Below, piece after piece: positions 30,433-40,386 of a stretch of 64,000 nt of DNA. The notes under the pieces are model-generated. The model did no database searches and was not told the origin of the DNA. It saw only the letters and a list, made by a program, of their open reading frames with translations. This stretch comes from Caulobacterales bacterium. GTDB taxonomy: Bacteria; Pseudomonadota; Alphaproteobacteria; Caulobacterales; Caulobacteraceae. The DNA is taken from assembly GCA_044445675.1 (NCBI GenBank), contig JBIOED010000002.1:64-64063 (forward strand), in the 5' to 3' direction. Numbering within the stretch: the stretch's first letter is position 1; every line of letters begins with the position of its first letter. The translations under genes were made by a program, and so were the position numbers.

Positions 30433-31518
30433 CTACGCGTCGAACACGATCACCGAGCGGGCCAGTTCGCCCTTCTTCATGTCCTCGAAGCCCTCGTTGA
30501 CCTGCTCCAGCTTGATCCGCTGGGAGATCATCTGGTCGAGCTTCAGCTTGCCGGACATGTAGAAGTCCACGAACCGCGGCATGTCGACCGGGAAGCGGTT
30601 GGAGCCCATCAGCGAGCCCTGCAGCTTCTTCTCGCCGAGGAAGGCCGCGCCCATGACCGAGACCATCTGGCCCACCGGAATCATGCCGATGATGTTGGCC
30701 GTGCCGCCGCGGCGCAGCATGTTGAACGCCTGCTCGGCGGTCTTCGCCAGGCCGATCGCCTCGAAGGCGTGGTGCACCCCGCCCTTGGTGGCCTCGATCA
30801 CTTCCTTCACCGCGTCCACGTCGGCGGCGTTGATGAAGTCGGTGGCCCCGAACTCCATGGCCAGGTTGCCCTTGGACGCGACGGTGTCGATGGCGAAGAT
30901 GCGGCTGGCGCCGGCGATCGCCGCGCCGTTGATCGCCGCGAGGCCGACGCCGCCGCAGCCGATCACCGCCACGGTCTCGCCCGGCCGCACGTTCGAGGTG
31001 TGGATGGCCGCGCCGACCCCGGTGGTCACCGAGCAGCCGATCAACGCGGCGCGGTCCAGCGGCATGTCCGGCCGGATCGCCACGCAGGCGTGCTCGTGGA
31101 TCAGCATCTGCTCGGCGAAGGACGACAGGTTGAGGAACTGCAGCATCGGGCCGGTCTCGGCCGACAGGCGCGGTTCGTCGTCCTTGCCGCGCTTGGTGTC
31201 CGGCGAGACGCACAGGCTCATATGGCCGGTCAGGCAGAATTCGCAGTGGCCGCAGAAGGCCGACAGGCAGGTGATCACGTGGTCGCCCGGCTTCACGGTG
31301 CGCACTTCCGAGCCCACCTGCTCGACGACGCCCGCGCTCTCGTGGCCGAGGACGGCCGGCAGCGGGTGCGGATAGGTCCCTTGCATGAAGTGCAGGTCCG
31401 AGTGGCACAGGCCGGCGGCGACGGTGCGGATCAGCACCTCGTGCGGGCCGGGCTTGTTGATCTGCACCTGTTCGATCTGAAGCGGTTGGCCCACTTCGCG
31501 CAGCACGGCGGCCTTCAT
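30433..31518 (-). CDS. zinc-dependent alcohol dehydrogenase
   Basis: GLCHSD, GHE, structural Zn CxxCxxC...C, GCGGVG. Confidence 0.95.
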   Translation of the reverse strand: MKAAVLREVGQPLQIEQVQINKPGPHEVLIRTVAAGLCHSDLHFMQGTYPHPLPAVLGHESAGVVEQVGSEVRTVKPGDHVITCLSAFCGHCEFCLTGHMSLCVSPDTKRGKDDEPRLSAETGPMLQFLNLSSFAEQMLIHEHACVAIRPDMPLDRAALIGCSVTTGVGAAIHTSNVRPGETVAVIGCGGVGLAAINGAAIAGASRIFAIDTVASKGNLAMEFGATDFINAADVDAVKEVIEATKGGVHHAFEAIGLAKTAEQAFNMLRRGGTANIIGMIPVGQMVSVMGAAFLGEKKLQGSLMGSNRFPVDMPRFVDFYMSGKLKLDQMISQRIKLEQVNEGFEDMKKGELARSVIVFDA

Positions 31519-31687
31519 CGCGATTCCCCTTGGTTCGTGGCCCGACGTCCGGGGGCCTTGGAGGCCAAGCCTTATCGCCGATCAGATGAGCCGGCCAACA
31601 GCTTTTGCCGGCTTCGCGCCCAAAACGCCGGCGCGCGGCGCACAAGCTATCGACAGCCCGGCGCGGGAACCGCAAGACAGGGACTTG

Positions 31688-32887
31688 ATGGACGAGACGC
31701 CGACGCCGCGCCGCGCCTTGGAGGTGTTCGGCGCCTTCCTGGCCCAGGGCCTCACCGCCTTCGGCGGCCCGGTGGCCCACATCGGCTATTTCCGGCGCGA
31801 GTTCGTGGAGCGGCGCGGCTGGCTGGACGAGGCCGCCTTCGCCGACCTGCTGGCGCTGGCGCAGTTCCTCCCGGGGGCGGCGTCGAGCCAGCTCGGCATG
31901 GCGATCGGCCTGCGCCGCGCCGGTTATCTCGGCCTGCTGGCCGCCTGGGTCGGCTTCACCCTGCCGGCCGGCGCGGCGATGATCGCCTTCGCCTATTTCA
32001 GCGCCGAGTTGCAGGGCCGCTGGGGCGCCGGCGTGCTGCACGGGCTGCAGATCGCCGCCGCCGCCGTGGTCGCCCAGGCGCTGGCGGCCATGGCGCGCAC
32101 CCTGGCGGTGGGGCCGATCCGCGCCGGCATGGCGATCGGCGCCGCGCTCGGCCTGGTGATCGCGCACGGCCCGGTGGCGCAGATCCTGGCGCTGGCGGCC
32201 GGCGGCCTGTTCGGCCTGGCCTGGTTGCGCGAGGACGCCGCCGGGCCGCCCGACGATCCGGCGACGCGCCGGGTCCCAGGCGCCGTCTCGGCCGGCGCCC
32301 TGGGGCTGTTCGCCCTGCTGCTCGCCGGCCTGCCGCTGGCCGCCGCGGGGTTCGACGCGCCCAGCCTGGGGGTGGCGAGCGTGTTCTACCGGGCCGGCGC
32401 CCTGGTGTTCGGCGGCGGCCACGTGGTGCTGCCGATGCTGCAGCAGGAGGTCGTTCAGCGCGGCTGGCTGGACCAGGACAGCTTCCTGGCCGGCTACGGC
32501 GCCGTGCAGGCCCTGCCCGGCCCGCTGTTCAGCTTCGCGGGTTTCGTCGGCGCGGCCCAGAACGTCGGCCCCGGCGGCTGGCTGGGCGGCCTGCTGGCGC
32601 TGGTCGCCATCTTCCTGCCCGGCTTGCTGCTGGTGATCGGCGTCCTGCCGTTCTGGGACCGCCTGAAGACCCGGCTCGGCGCCCGCGCCGCGCTGGCCGG
32701 CGTCAACGCCGTGGTGGTCGGCGTGCTGGCGGCGGCGCTGTGGAATCCGGTGCTGACGACGGCCATCCAGCGGCCGAGCGACTGGGCGCTCGCCGCGGGG
32801 GCCTATGTGTTCCTGGCGGTGGCCAAGCTGCCGCCCTGGCTGGTGGTCACCGGTTTCGCCGCCACGGTCGGCGCATTTTCCCGCTAG
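31688..32887 (+). CDS. chrA: chromate efflux transporter
   Basis: AFGGPVAHIG, QFLPG, VFGGGHVVLP, QALPGP. Confidence 0.92.
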   Translation: MDETPTPRRALEVFGAFLAQGLTAFGGPVAHIGYFRREFVERRGWLDEAAFADLLALAQFLPGAASSQLGMAIGLRRAGYLGLLAAWVGFTLPAGAAMIAFAYFSAELQGRWGAGVLHGLQIAAAAVVAQALAAMARTLAVGPIRAGMAIGAALGLVIAHGPVAQILALAAGGLFGLAWLREDAAGPPDDPATRRVPGAVSAGALGLFALLLAGLPLAAAGFDAPSLGVASVFYRAGALVFGGGHVVLPMLQQEVVQRGWLDQDSFLAGYGAVQALPGPLFSFAGFVGAAQNVGPGGWLGGLLALVAIFLPGLLLVIGVLPFWDRLKTRLGARAALAGVNAVVVGVLAAALWNPVLTTAIQRPSDWALAAGAYVFLAVAKLPPWLVVTGFAATVGAFSR

Positions 32888-32891
32888 CCGA

Positions 32892-33824
32892 TCAGGCCCC
32901 AGCCACCTGCCCCGGCGCGCCGAAGCCCAGGGCGCGCGGCAGGTGGATCGCCGATAGTTTCGGCCAGCGGAAGGTCCAGCGCTTGCGCGCCGGCATGCAG
33001 GCTTCGAGCGCGGCCAGCAGCTGATCGGCCGGGCCGTCGTTCAGGAAGTGGTTGGCGCCTGGCGTCCGGATGAACTGGATCGGCTGGCGCGTCGCCGTCT
33101 CGGCGGCCAACCGCTCGGCGGCCTCGATCGGGGCGAAGTCGTCCTTGTCGCCGTGGATCATGTGGATCGGGATCGCGATCCGACCCAGGGCGCGCTTGGC
33201 GCAGCCCAGTTGCGGTCGCTGGCCTGAGGCCTCGATCACCGCATGGCGCAGGTCTCTCGGGATCACCTTCAGGGCCTTCGCGCCGACGTCCAGCAGCCAG
33301 CGCGACGTGGGTCCGGTCTCGCCGAAGAAGCCGGACAGCAGGACCAGGCTCTCCACCTGCCCCGGATTGGCGTCGGCCATCAGCGCGGCGATGGCCGCGC
33401 CATAGCTCTGCCCCACCAGCATCACCTTCTGCCCGCGCGCCGCGCGCAGCACCGGGGCCAGCGCCTGCGCCTGCACGCCGATGTCGGTCACCGGCTCGGC
33501 GGGTTCCGACGCCCCATAGCCCGGCCGGTCGACGACGATCATCTCGCGGTCCTGCGGCAGGGCGGCCAGGGTCTCGGCCCAGTACTCCGCCCAGGAGGGC
33601 GCGCCGGTGATCACCACGATCTTCCAGGGGGCGGGCCGCTCGCGCGGGGTCTCCAGCGCCGAGATCCGCCAGCCGTGTCCGCCGCCGGCGGTGAAGCTGG
33701 TGCGGCGCATCACGCTGTCCGGATAGTCGGCCGAGGTCGGCGCATGTTCGGTGCGCCCGGTGGCGGCGCATTCGACGCATGCCCAGCCCATCGCCAGCAC
33801 GCCCTTGGGTCTCTTGCGGGCCAA
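32892..33824 (-). CDS. alpha/beta hydrolase
   Basis: DRPGYG, GQSYG nucleophile elbow, HGDKDD, GANH; start uncertain. Confidence 0.85.
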   Translation of the reverse strand: MARKRPKGVLAMGWACVECAATGRTEHAPTSADYPDSVMRRTSFTAGGGHGWRISALETPRERPAPWKIVVITGAPSWAEYWAETLAALPQDREMIVVDRPGYGASEPAEPVTDIGVQAQALAPVLRAARGQKVMLVGQSYGAAIAALMADANPGQVESLVLLSGFFGETGPTSRWLLDVGAKALKVIPRDLRHAVIEASGQRPQLGCAKRALGRIAIPIHMIHGDKDDFAPIEAAERLAAETATRQPIQFIRTPGANHFLNDGPADQLLAALEACMPARKRWTFRWPKLSAIHLPRALGFGAPGQVAGA

Positions 33825-33906
33825 GGCCTCGCGCTCCTTAACACTCGTCAGATGTCACCTGAGGTTTCCAACGCCTGTTTCAAGGCTTGGTTCTGTGAAG
33901 TCTTCT

Positions 33907-34100
33907 TCATCCGGCCGGAAGATCGGCGGGCGTGCTCAATTGGTCACGCAGGTCCCGCTTCAGCACCTTGCCGGTCGGACCGATCGGCAGGGCGCCCACG
34001 ATCCGCACCTCGGCGGGCGCCCACCACTTGGCGACGCGGGCCGTCGGCCGTCTGGCCGGGCCGCAGGGTCACCCGCAGCAGCGGCCGGCCGCTGTCGTCG
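33907..34100 (-). pseudogene. frameshifted C-terminal remnant of an acyl-CoA synthetase (AMP-binding enzyme)
   Basis: Minus strand reads GRPLLRVTLRPGQTA, then in a shifted frame RVAKWWAPAEVRIVGALPIGPTGKVLKRDLR...stop at 33907. Confidence 0.7.
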
Positions 34101-35598
34101 CCGGCGGCAGCGGGGCAGCCATGAAGGCGGCGCGTTCGGCCGGGCTCATGTGCAGGCCCAGCTTGGTGCGCCGCCAGAGGATATCCTGCGGCTCGCGGGC
34201 CCATTCCCGGTCCACCAGGTAGCGCACCTCGCGTTCGGTGAGGCCCGCGCCATGGTCCTTGCCGAGGTCGCCCCAGGCCGTCGCGCCGGCCAGCAGGGCG
34301 TCGATCCGCGTACCGTAGGCATGGCACATGCGGGTCACGCTCGGCTCGGGCAGCCAGGGATATCGGGCGGCCACGGCGCGGCGAAATCGTTCGAAGTCTC
34401 CACCTGGCAGGTCGCCGCCGGGCAGCCGGGCGTCCTGCGTCCAGGGACCGCCCGCGAAGGCCAGCGGCGCGCGTAGCTTCTCCAGGGCGTGTTCCGCGAG
34501 CCGCCGGAAGGTGGTGATCTTGCCGCCGTAGATGGTCAGCAACGGCGGCGCGCCGTCCCGGTCGTCCAGGTCGAGGACGTAGTCGCGGGTCACCGCCGAG
34601 GCGTTGGCGTGGCCGTCGTCGAACAGCGGCCGGACGCCGGCATAGGCCCAGACCACGTCGGCGGGGCCGGGCGGCCTTTCGAAATAGTCGCCGAGCGTGC
34701 GGCACAGGTAGTCGATCTCCTCGGCCGAGGCTTCGACGCGGGCGGGGTCGCCGGCGTAGGGAAGGTCGGTGGTGCCCACCAGGGTGAAGCGGCTTTGATA
34801 GGGAATGGCGAACACCACCCGGCCGTCGCCGCCCTGCAGGGTGTAGGCCTGCTCGCCGTCGTACATCCGCGGCACGACGATGTGGCTGCCCTTGACCAGC
34901 TTGACCGAGCGACCGTCGGCCGGGACCCCGGTCAGCCCCAGGACGGTCTCGACCCAGGGTCCCGCGGCGTTGACCAGGGCCCGCGCGGTGACGGTCTCGC
35001 GTCCGCCGTCACCGCCCTCGAGCACGCCCCGCCAGAGGCCGCCGTCGCGACCGGCCTCCACCAGGCGGGTGCGGGTGAGGATGCGGGCGCCACGCGCCGT
35101 GGCGTCCACGGCCAGCAAGGCCACCAGGCGGGAATCGTCCACGGCGGCGTCGGAATATTCGAAGCCCCGGCGGTAATTCCCCTTCAGGGGCTGGCCGGTC
35201 GCGTCGGCGCGCAGGTTCACCCGCCGCGTGCCGGGCAGGCTCCGCCGGCCGCCGAGGTGGTCGTAGAGCAAGAGTCCGGCCCGCAGCATCCAGCCGGGCC
35301 GCAGGCCCGCATGGTGCGGCAGGACGAAACGCAGCGGGTGGATGATATGCGGCGCCGACGCCAGCAGCACCTCGCGCTCGGCCAACGCCTCGCGCACCAG
35401 CCGGAACTCGTAGTATTCCAGATAGCGCAGGCCGCCGTGGATCAGCTTGGAGCTCGCCGACGACGTCCAGGCGGCGAGGTCATCCTGCTCGCACAGCACG
35501 ACCGACAGGCCGCGCCCCGCGGCGTCGCGGGCGATGCCCGTCCCGTTGACGCCCCCGCCGACGATCAGCAGATCGACCGGCCCCTGTGCTTCGTCCAT
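34069..35598 (-). CDS. glpD: aerobic glycerol-3-phosphate dehydrogenase
   Basis: GGGVNGTGIARDAAGRG, TSSASSKLIHGGLRYLE, GGKITTFR, DILWRRTKLG. Confidence 0.95.
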   Translation of the reverse strand: MDEAQGPVDLLIVGGGVNGTGIARDAAGRGLSVVLCEQDDLAAWTSSASSKLIHGGLRYLEYYEFRLVREALAEREVLLASAPHIIHPLRFVLPHHAGLRPGWMLRAGLLLYDHLGGRRSLPGTRRVNLRADATGQPLKGNYRRGFEYSDAAVDDSRLVALLAVDATARGARILTRTRLVEAGRDGGLWRGVLEGGDGGRETVTARALVNAAGPWVETVLGLTGVPADGRSVKLVKGSHIVVPRMYDGEQAYTLQGGDGRVVFAIPYQSRFTLVGTTDLPYAGDPARVEASAEEIDYLCRTLGDYFERPPGPADVVWAYAGVRPLFDDGHANASAVTRDYVLDLDDRDGAPPLLTIYGGKITTFRRLAEHALEKLRAPLAFAGGPWTQDARLPGGDLPGGDFERFRRAVAARYPWLPEPSVTRMCHAYGTRIDALLAGATAWGDLGKDHGAGLTEREVRYLVDREWAREPQDILWRRTKLGLHMSPAERAAFMAAPLPPATTAAGRCCG

Positions 35599-35842
35599 GC
35601 CTGTCCCCGCTCCTCAAGGCCGAGCCCGCGCGCGCCCCGCCGTCAAGCGGTTCACCCGTCTTGGCGTTCCGCAGGGCGATCGGCTCCCTGGGAGATGAGC
35701 CCGTCCTCCGGTGTCAAATCAAAGGTCTTGTCATGGCCCGCACGTCTTCGCTTGGCGGTCCACGACAAGACGGCGAGACAAGCTCCGCCGAACCGCTAAG
35801 CTATCGGCTCGACCAGGCCCAGGCCGCATTCGGAGCGCCGCT

Positions 35843-36589
35843 GTGAAAACGCCCATCGCCCACGCCCTTCTGCTGCTCGCGCTGTTCGCCGGCGGCGCCA
35901 TCGCCGCGCCGGTGGCTTCACCGATCGACAAAGCCGTCGCCGACCCCGCGCGGCCGAAGACCGACACCGCGACCGACGTTTCCCGCGATCCGCGGGACAC
36001 CCTGGCCTTCGCCGGCGTGAAGCCGGGGATGACCGTGGCGGAGCTGTTTCCCGGCGGCGGCTACTACACCCGGATGATCAGCGACATCGTGGGGCCGAAC
36101 GGCGCCGTCATCGGCATCGAAAACGCCGGGTGGAAGGGCGCCGTCGAGGCGGACCGCAAGACGCTGGCCGCGCTCGATCGACCCAACCTCCAACTCGACG
36201 TCGAGCCTTTCGGCCAGATGAAGTTGCCGCGGAAGGTCGATCTCTTTTGGATCACCCAGAACTACCACGACCTGAAGATCGCCCAGTTCGGCGCCGTGGA
36301 CATGGCCGCCTTCAACCGCCAGGTGTTCGACGCCCTGAAGCCGGGCGGGATCTACTTCATCCTGGATCACCAGGCCAATCCCGGCACGACGCGCGAGCAG
36401 ATCGCCAAGCTTCATCGCGTGGAGAAGGCCGAGGTGATCCGCGAAGTGACGGCCGCCGGGTTCAAGCTGGTCGCGGAGGGCAAGTTTCTCAACCGTCCCG
36501 GCGACGACCATACCCGGTCGATTTTCGACCCGCAGATCCAGGGCAGGACGGATCAATACGCCTTGAAGTTCGTCAAGCCCGCGGGCTGA
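35843..36589 (+). CDS. exported class I SAM methyltransferase-like protein
   Basis: Signal peptide, GVKPGMTVAELFPGGGYYT, NYHD, LKPGG, GRTDQY. Confidence 0.85.
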   Translation: MKTPIAHALLLLALFAGGAIAAPVASPIDKAVADPARPKTDTATDVSRDPRDTLAFAGVKPGMTVAELFPGGGYYTRMISDIVGPNGAVIGIENAGWKGAVEADRKTLAALDRPNLQLDVEPFGQMKLPRKVDLFWITQNYHDLKIAQFGAVDMAAFNRQVFDALKPGGIYFILDHQANPGTTREQIAKLHRVEKAEVIREVTAAGFKLVAEGKFLNRPGDDHTRSIFDPQIQGRTDQYALKFVKPAG

Positions 36590-36781
36590 TCGCGCCGCCG
36601 CGACGGCAAAGCGCCCGCTCCGCGGCGTGCGGCGGCGCCGGCGGGACGAAGGGCCCGTCGACCTGGGGCGCGCGCACGTCGGTTGCGGCAGGTCTGGCCG
36701 CGTCGTGATCTTCGTGTTGCAAGCCGGCGGCCTCCGCTGACGCGAGGGCGCTCAGCGAGGCGCGGGAAGGCGCTTGGGTGC

Positions 36782-37492
36782 TCAGCAAGCAGCCGCCTGC
36801 AACAGCGCCGCTGTGAGCTCGTCCGGCTGGTCGAGCATGATGTCATGGCCGCACGCGATCTCGCGCGTCGACCAGCCCCGCGCCTTGGCGCGCTCGTAGA
36901 AGCCGGTGAACGGCGTCCCTTCCCAGTCCGCCGCATAGATGTAGTGGATCGACCCCACGGCGGGGGTCTTGGGGTCTAGGTGCAGCTTCTGCTGGAAACT
37001 GGCGAGCGGCTGATCGGTGCACTGGTCGTCGACCCAGGACCGGTCGGCGGCATTGACGTTGAACACCGCCGCCGGGATCGGCGGCACGCGCCAGCCGTCG
37101 CCGAGCGCCGTAGCGGCGTCCAACTGGCCCTGGCGATGTTCCGCCGGCAGGGTGTCGTGCAGCGACTGGCCGCTCTCCAGCACGAACGCGTCCAGGTAGA
37201 CCAGCGCCGCGATCCTCTCGCCCATTCGATCCGCGACGCCGCTGATCACGCAGCCTCCGTAAGAGTGACCCACCAGGACAACATCCGTCAGCTCCTCCCA
37301 GCGGATCAGGTTGGCGATATCGTCGATGTGCGTCTGGAGGTCGACGTCCGGAGACAAGAGGTGGCTCCGCTCGCACAGGCCCGTCAGGGTCGGCGTGAAG
37401 ACGGTGTGCCCTTGGGCGGTCAGCGCACCGCGCACCCGCTTCCAGCACCAACTGCCGTGCCACGCCCCCGTGACCAATACGAAAGTCGCCAT
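36782..37492 (-). CDS. alpha/beta hydrolase (esterase)
   Basis: FVLVTGAWHG, GHSYGG, YLDA, CGH. Confidence 0.9.
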   Translation of the reverse strand: MATFVLVTGAWHGSWCWKRVRGALTAQGHTVFTPTLTGLCERSHLLSPDVDLQTHIDDIANLIRWEELTDVVLVGHSYGGCVISGVADRMGERIAALVYLDAFVLESGQSLHDTLPAEHRQGQLDAATALGDGWRVPPIPAAVFNVNAADRSWVDDQCTDQPLASFQQKLHLDPKTPAVGSIHYIYAADWEGTPFTGFYERAKARGWSTREIACGHDIMLDQPDELTAALLQAAAC

Positions 37493-37691
37493 CGCCAGCC
37501 CCCTCGCTACGCCCGCGAACAGGCTAACATGGGTATGCCATCTGCTGACAAGCTTTTGGGCGCGATTTAGCCAGGCCAGGCTTCACGAACACCCGTGGGA
37601 GTGAAGGTCCGCCATGACGGCGGCAACGATCATGGCACCGTGAGGGCGACGAAGGTCTTCCTCCAGCCTCGGCCCCAACCTCCGTTCCGCC

Positions 37692-38495
37692 CTACGCCGC
37701 CATCCGCGCCTTGAACACCCCGTCGGGCAGGCGCGCGGCGCGGGTGGGGTGGATGAAGAAGTAGTCTTTCCAGGGCTCGTCCTCGACGACGCCGAAGCGT
37801 TCCTCCAGCCGGTCGCCGTTCAGCGCGAACATGCGGTAGCCGCGGCGGCTGAACAGCTCCGCCACCTGCTCGGCCGTGCCGCCGAACCGCGCCGCCAGCA
37901 TGGCGGGGTGGATCTCCAGCAGGACGTGCGGCCGGTCGCGGTCGAGGACGTGGCTGGCGCCCTGCAACGCCATCAGCTCGGCGCCTTCGATGTCCATGCG
38001 GATGAAATCTACCCGGTCGATCCCGCGCTCGGCGCAGAAGCCGTCGATGGTCACCACCGGGGTCGGCTGCACCTCCATGCCGCTATCCTGCAGGTCGGGG
38101 CGCACCTTGCCCTCCGGCGCCTGTTCGGCGACGAAGGCGTAGGCGCGGCCCATGCGGCCGGTGATCTTGCGCGGGGTGACCAGCAGCATCTCGCCGGCCT
38201 TGTCGCCCACCGCGGCGTGCACCGGCGTCACCCGGTCGGCGATGCCGTGCCAGGCGAGCGTGATCTTGAGCACCGCATAGGAGAAGGCCGAGGGCTCGAT
38301 GGCGTAGATCGTGGCCTTCGGCGCCACCTGGGTCATGACATAGGAATGGCGCCCGTCGCTGGCGCCCACGTGCAGGCAGACCGGCGACCCGGACAACAGG
38401 TCCGCCAGATAGGGCGTCTCGGGCTCGTGCTTGCGCCACCGCAGGTTGCGCCGCCAGGCCCGGAAGGCGTGGCTCAGCACGCGTAACGAAGGCAT
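37692..38495 (-). CDS. FkbM-family methyltransferase
   Basis: HVGASDG, AIEP, TIDGF...VDFIRMDIEGAE. Confidence 0.9.
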   Translation of the reverse strand: MPSLRVLSHAFRAWRRNLRWRKHEPETPYLADLLSGSPVCLHVGASDGRHSYVMTQVAPKATIYAIEPSAFSYAVLKITLAWHGIADRVTPVHAAVGDKAGEMLLVTPRKITGRMGRAYAFVAEQAPEGKVRPDLQDSGMEVQPTPVVTIDGFCAERGIDRVDFIRMDIEGAELMALQGASHVLDRDRPHVLLEIHPAMLAARFGGTAEQVAELFSRRGYRMFALNGDRLEERFGVVEDEPWKDYFFIHPTRAARLPDGVFKARMAA

Positions 38496-38528
38496 CGCCG
38501 AGATCTTCCTCCACCCGCGTGGCGACAG

Positions 38529-39293
38529 TTAGGCCGCGTCGCGGGCGACCGTCATCATGTAGTTGACGTCGGCGTCGTGGCTCTGCGACCAGCGGCCGCT
38601 CAGCGGGTCGAACACCACGCCATAGGGGCCGTCCACCGCCACCGCCTGGCCGGCCAGGAAGCCGCGCAGTTCCTGCGGCTTGAGGAACTTCGACCAGTCG
38701 TGGGTGCCGGCCGGCAGCCAGCGCAGCACATATTCCGCGCCGACCTTGGCCAGGGCGAAGGCCTTCAGCGTGCGGTTCAGGGTGGCGACGATCATCAGAC
38801 CCCCCGGCGCAAGCGTGGCGGGCTTCAGCATCGCCGCGCAGTCGCGCAGGAACGCGCCCGGATCGGCCACGTGCTCGATCACCTCCATGTTGAGGATCAG
38901 GTCGAAGGTCTCGCCGGCCGCCAGCAGCGCCTCTGCGGTCGAGCAGCGGTAATCGACAACCACCCCCTGCTCGGCGGCATGCGCGCGGGCGGTGCCGATG
39001 TTGCGCTCCGAGGCGTCGACGCCCACCACCGCGAACCCCAGCCGCGACATGGGCTCGCTCAGGAGGCCCCCGCCGCAGCCGATGTCCAGCAGGCGCAGGC
39101 CCTCGAACGGCCGCCGGGCCGCCGGGTCGCGCCCGAAACGGTGCAGGGCCTGGTCGCGGATGAAGGCGAGCCGGGTCGGGTTGAACCTGTGCAGCGGCGC
39201 GAACTTGCCCTTCGGATCCCACCATTCGGCGGCGATCTTCGAGAACCGGGCGACCTCGGCGGCGTCGATGGAGGATTTGGCGGCGGCGCTCAT
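38529..39293 (-). CDS. ubiG: ubiquinone biosynthesis O-methyltransferase
   Basis: [40 protein letters not shown]. Confidence 0.96.
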   Translation of the reverse strand: MSAAAKSSIDAAEVARFSKIAAEWWDPKGKFAPLHRFNPTRLAFIRDQALHRFGRDPAARRPFEGLRLLDIGCGGGLLSEPMSRLGFAVVGVDASERNIGTARAHAAEQGVVVDYRCSTAEALLAAGETFDLILNMEVIEHVADPGAFLRDCAAMLKPATLAPGGLMIVATLNRTLKAFALAKVGAEYVLRWLPAGTHDWSKFLKPQELRGFLAGQAVAVDGPYGVVFDPLSGRWSQSHDADVNYMMTVARDAA

Positions 39294-39297
39294 GACG

Positions 39298-39681
39298 CTA
39301 GCGTATGAGCACGACTTCGACCCCCAGGTCCAGATCGGCCCAGGCGCGGTCGGCGGTCATGGCGGGAAGGGCCTTGCGGATTGCAAGCTCGAGGCAAGCG
39401 CGATCCGCCAGGGAGAGGCCTGACGCTTGCGTCTTGCGCCGAAGGCCCCCCAGCCGCACCGCACTGTCAGCCTCCAGCGGCTCGATCTCGCAGGGAAAGT
39501 CGCGGACGAAGGCCTGGGTCGCCGCCTCGGTGAGACCCCGCTCCAGCAGCTTCTGGACGACCTCGGCGAGGTTCACCGCCGACACGAAGGCGCCGACCAT
39601 CACCGCACCCACGCGTTCCCCGCCCGGCTCACCGAAGGCCCGCGCAAGGATGGCAGACGCGTCGAGCACGACATCAGCCAT
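39298..39681 (-). CDS. vapC: VapC-family PIN toxin
   Basis: [32 protein letters not shown]. Confidence 0.92.
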   Translation of the reverse strand: MADVVLDASAILARAFGEPGGERVGAVMVGAFVSAVNLAEVVQKLLERGLTEAATQAFVRDFPCEIEPLEADSAVRLGGLRRKTQASGLSLADRACLELAIRKALPAMTADRAWADLDLGVEVVLIR

Positions 39682-40192
39682 CCGATTCGCGCACCGCCTC
39701 CGCGCGCCGCTCGGCGATCAATTCCTCCGAGGCCAAAGGGCCGCCCGCCCACCTGAACGGCCGCATGAGTTCGTCGATCCGGCGGCAAGCCGTCGCCGCG
39801 CCGATCAGCTTGAACTCGTCGCCCTCCATCCGCGCCATGACCACACCGCGTTCCTGCACTCCGAAGGCGTCGCGCACGGCCGGCGGCAAAACGACCGATC
39901 CATCGTCGCGCACGACCAGGCGGTAGGCGCCGCCGCCGCGGTCTTCAACCTCCCGTTCGGGCTGGCGCGGGCCGGTAAACTTGCCGGACCGCTCTGCGAC
40001 ACCGTTGCGCGCTTCGCGGCGGCTCAGCTTGTCTGCCTCCAGCACGTTGCGGACGTGCTGGTAACGCTTGCCGAGCAGCCGGGCGATCTCGGCCCGAGGA
40101 TAGCCGGCCGCATCCAGGCCGCGGATCTTGTCGGACACCGTCATGTCCGATCCGACGATATCGGCGACGTTCCGACTATCCATTTGACCCAC
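39674..40192 (-). CDS. antitoxin with AbrB-like domain and extra N-terminal HTH
   Basis: SDKIR.L..AGY.RAEIARLLGKRYQHVRNVL, then DGSVVLPPAVR..FG, C-terminal SEELIAERR; overlaps the toxin start; start uncertain. Confidence 0.8.
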   Translation of the reverse strand: MGQMDSRNVADIVGSDMTVSDKIRGLDAAGYPRAEIARLLGKRYQHVRNVLEADKLSRREARNGVAERSGKFTGPRQPEREVEDRGGGAYRLVVRDDGSVVLPPAVRDAFGVQERGVVMARMEGDEFKLIGAATACRRIDELMRPFRWAGGPLASEELIAERRAEAVRESDG

Positions 40193-40306
40193 TCGGCTTG
40201 ATAGGTAGGTAGATAGGTTTCTGGCGGCTGTAGGTCAAGGCCGTTGTGCCGCTCCGGCCGCGTCGCTAGAAGGTCGCGCTCTGGATGCAGGGGGTTCGGC
40301 GGCCAA

Positions 40307-40355
40307 GTGTCCCGGCTGGTGATGAAATTCGGCGGCGCCGCCTCGGTGGCCGACC
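40307..40355 (+). repeat. diverged duplicate of the lysC 5' end
   Basis: TCCCGGCTGGTGATGAAATTCGGCGGC...TCGGTGGCCGACC versus TCCCGGCTGGTGATGAAGTTTGGCGGC...TCGGTGGCCGACC at the lysC start. Confidence 0.85.
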
Positions 40356-40386
40356 CCACCGGCCAAGCCAGGCCGGCGGTGTCCGC

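Noticed and set aside
29195-32887. Metal-resistance island (arsC plus chrA)
   Set aside because: The genes are not in one operon, lack arsR/arsB/chrB partners, have host-like composition and show no mobility genes
37500-37690. Intergenic stretch with a GCCATGA/TCATGGC hairpin and repeated GAAGGTC, possible riboswitch or sRNA
   Set aside because: No recognisable aptamer consensus or terminator; could be chance structure
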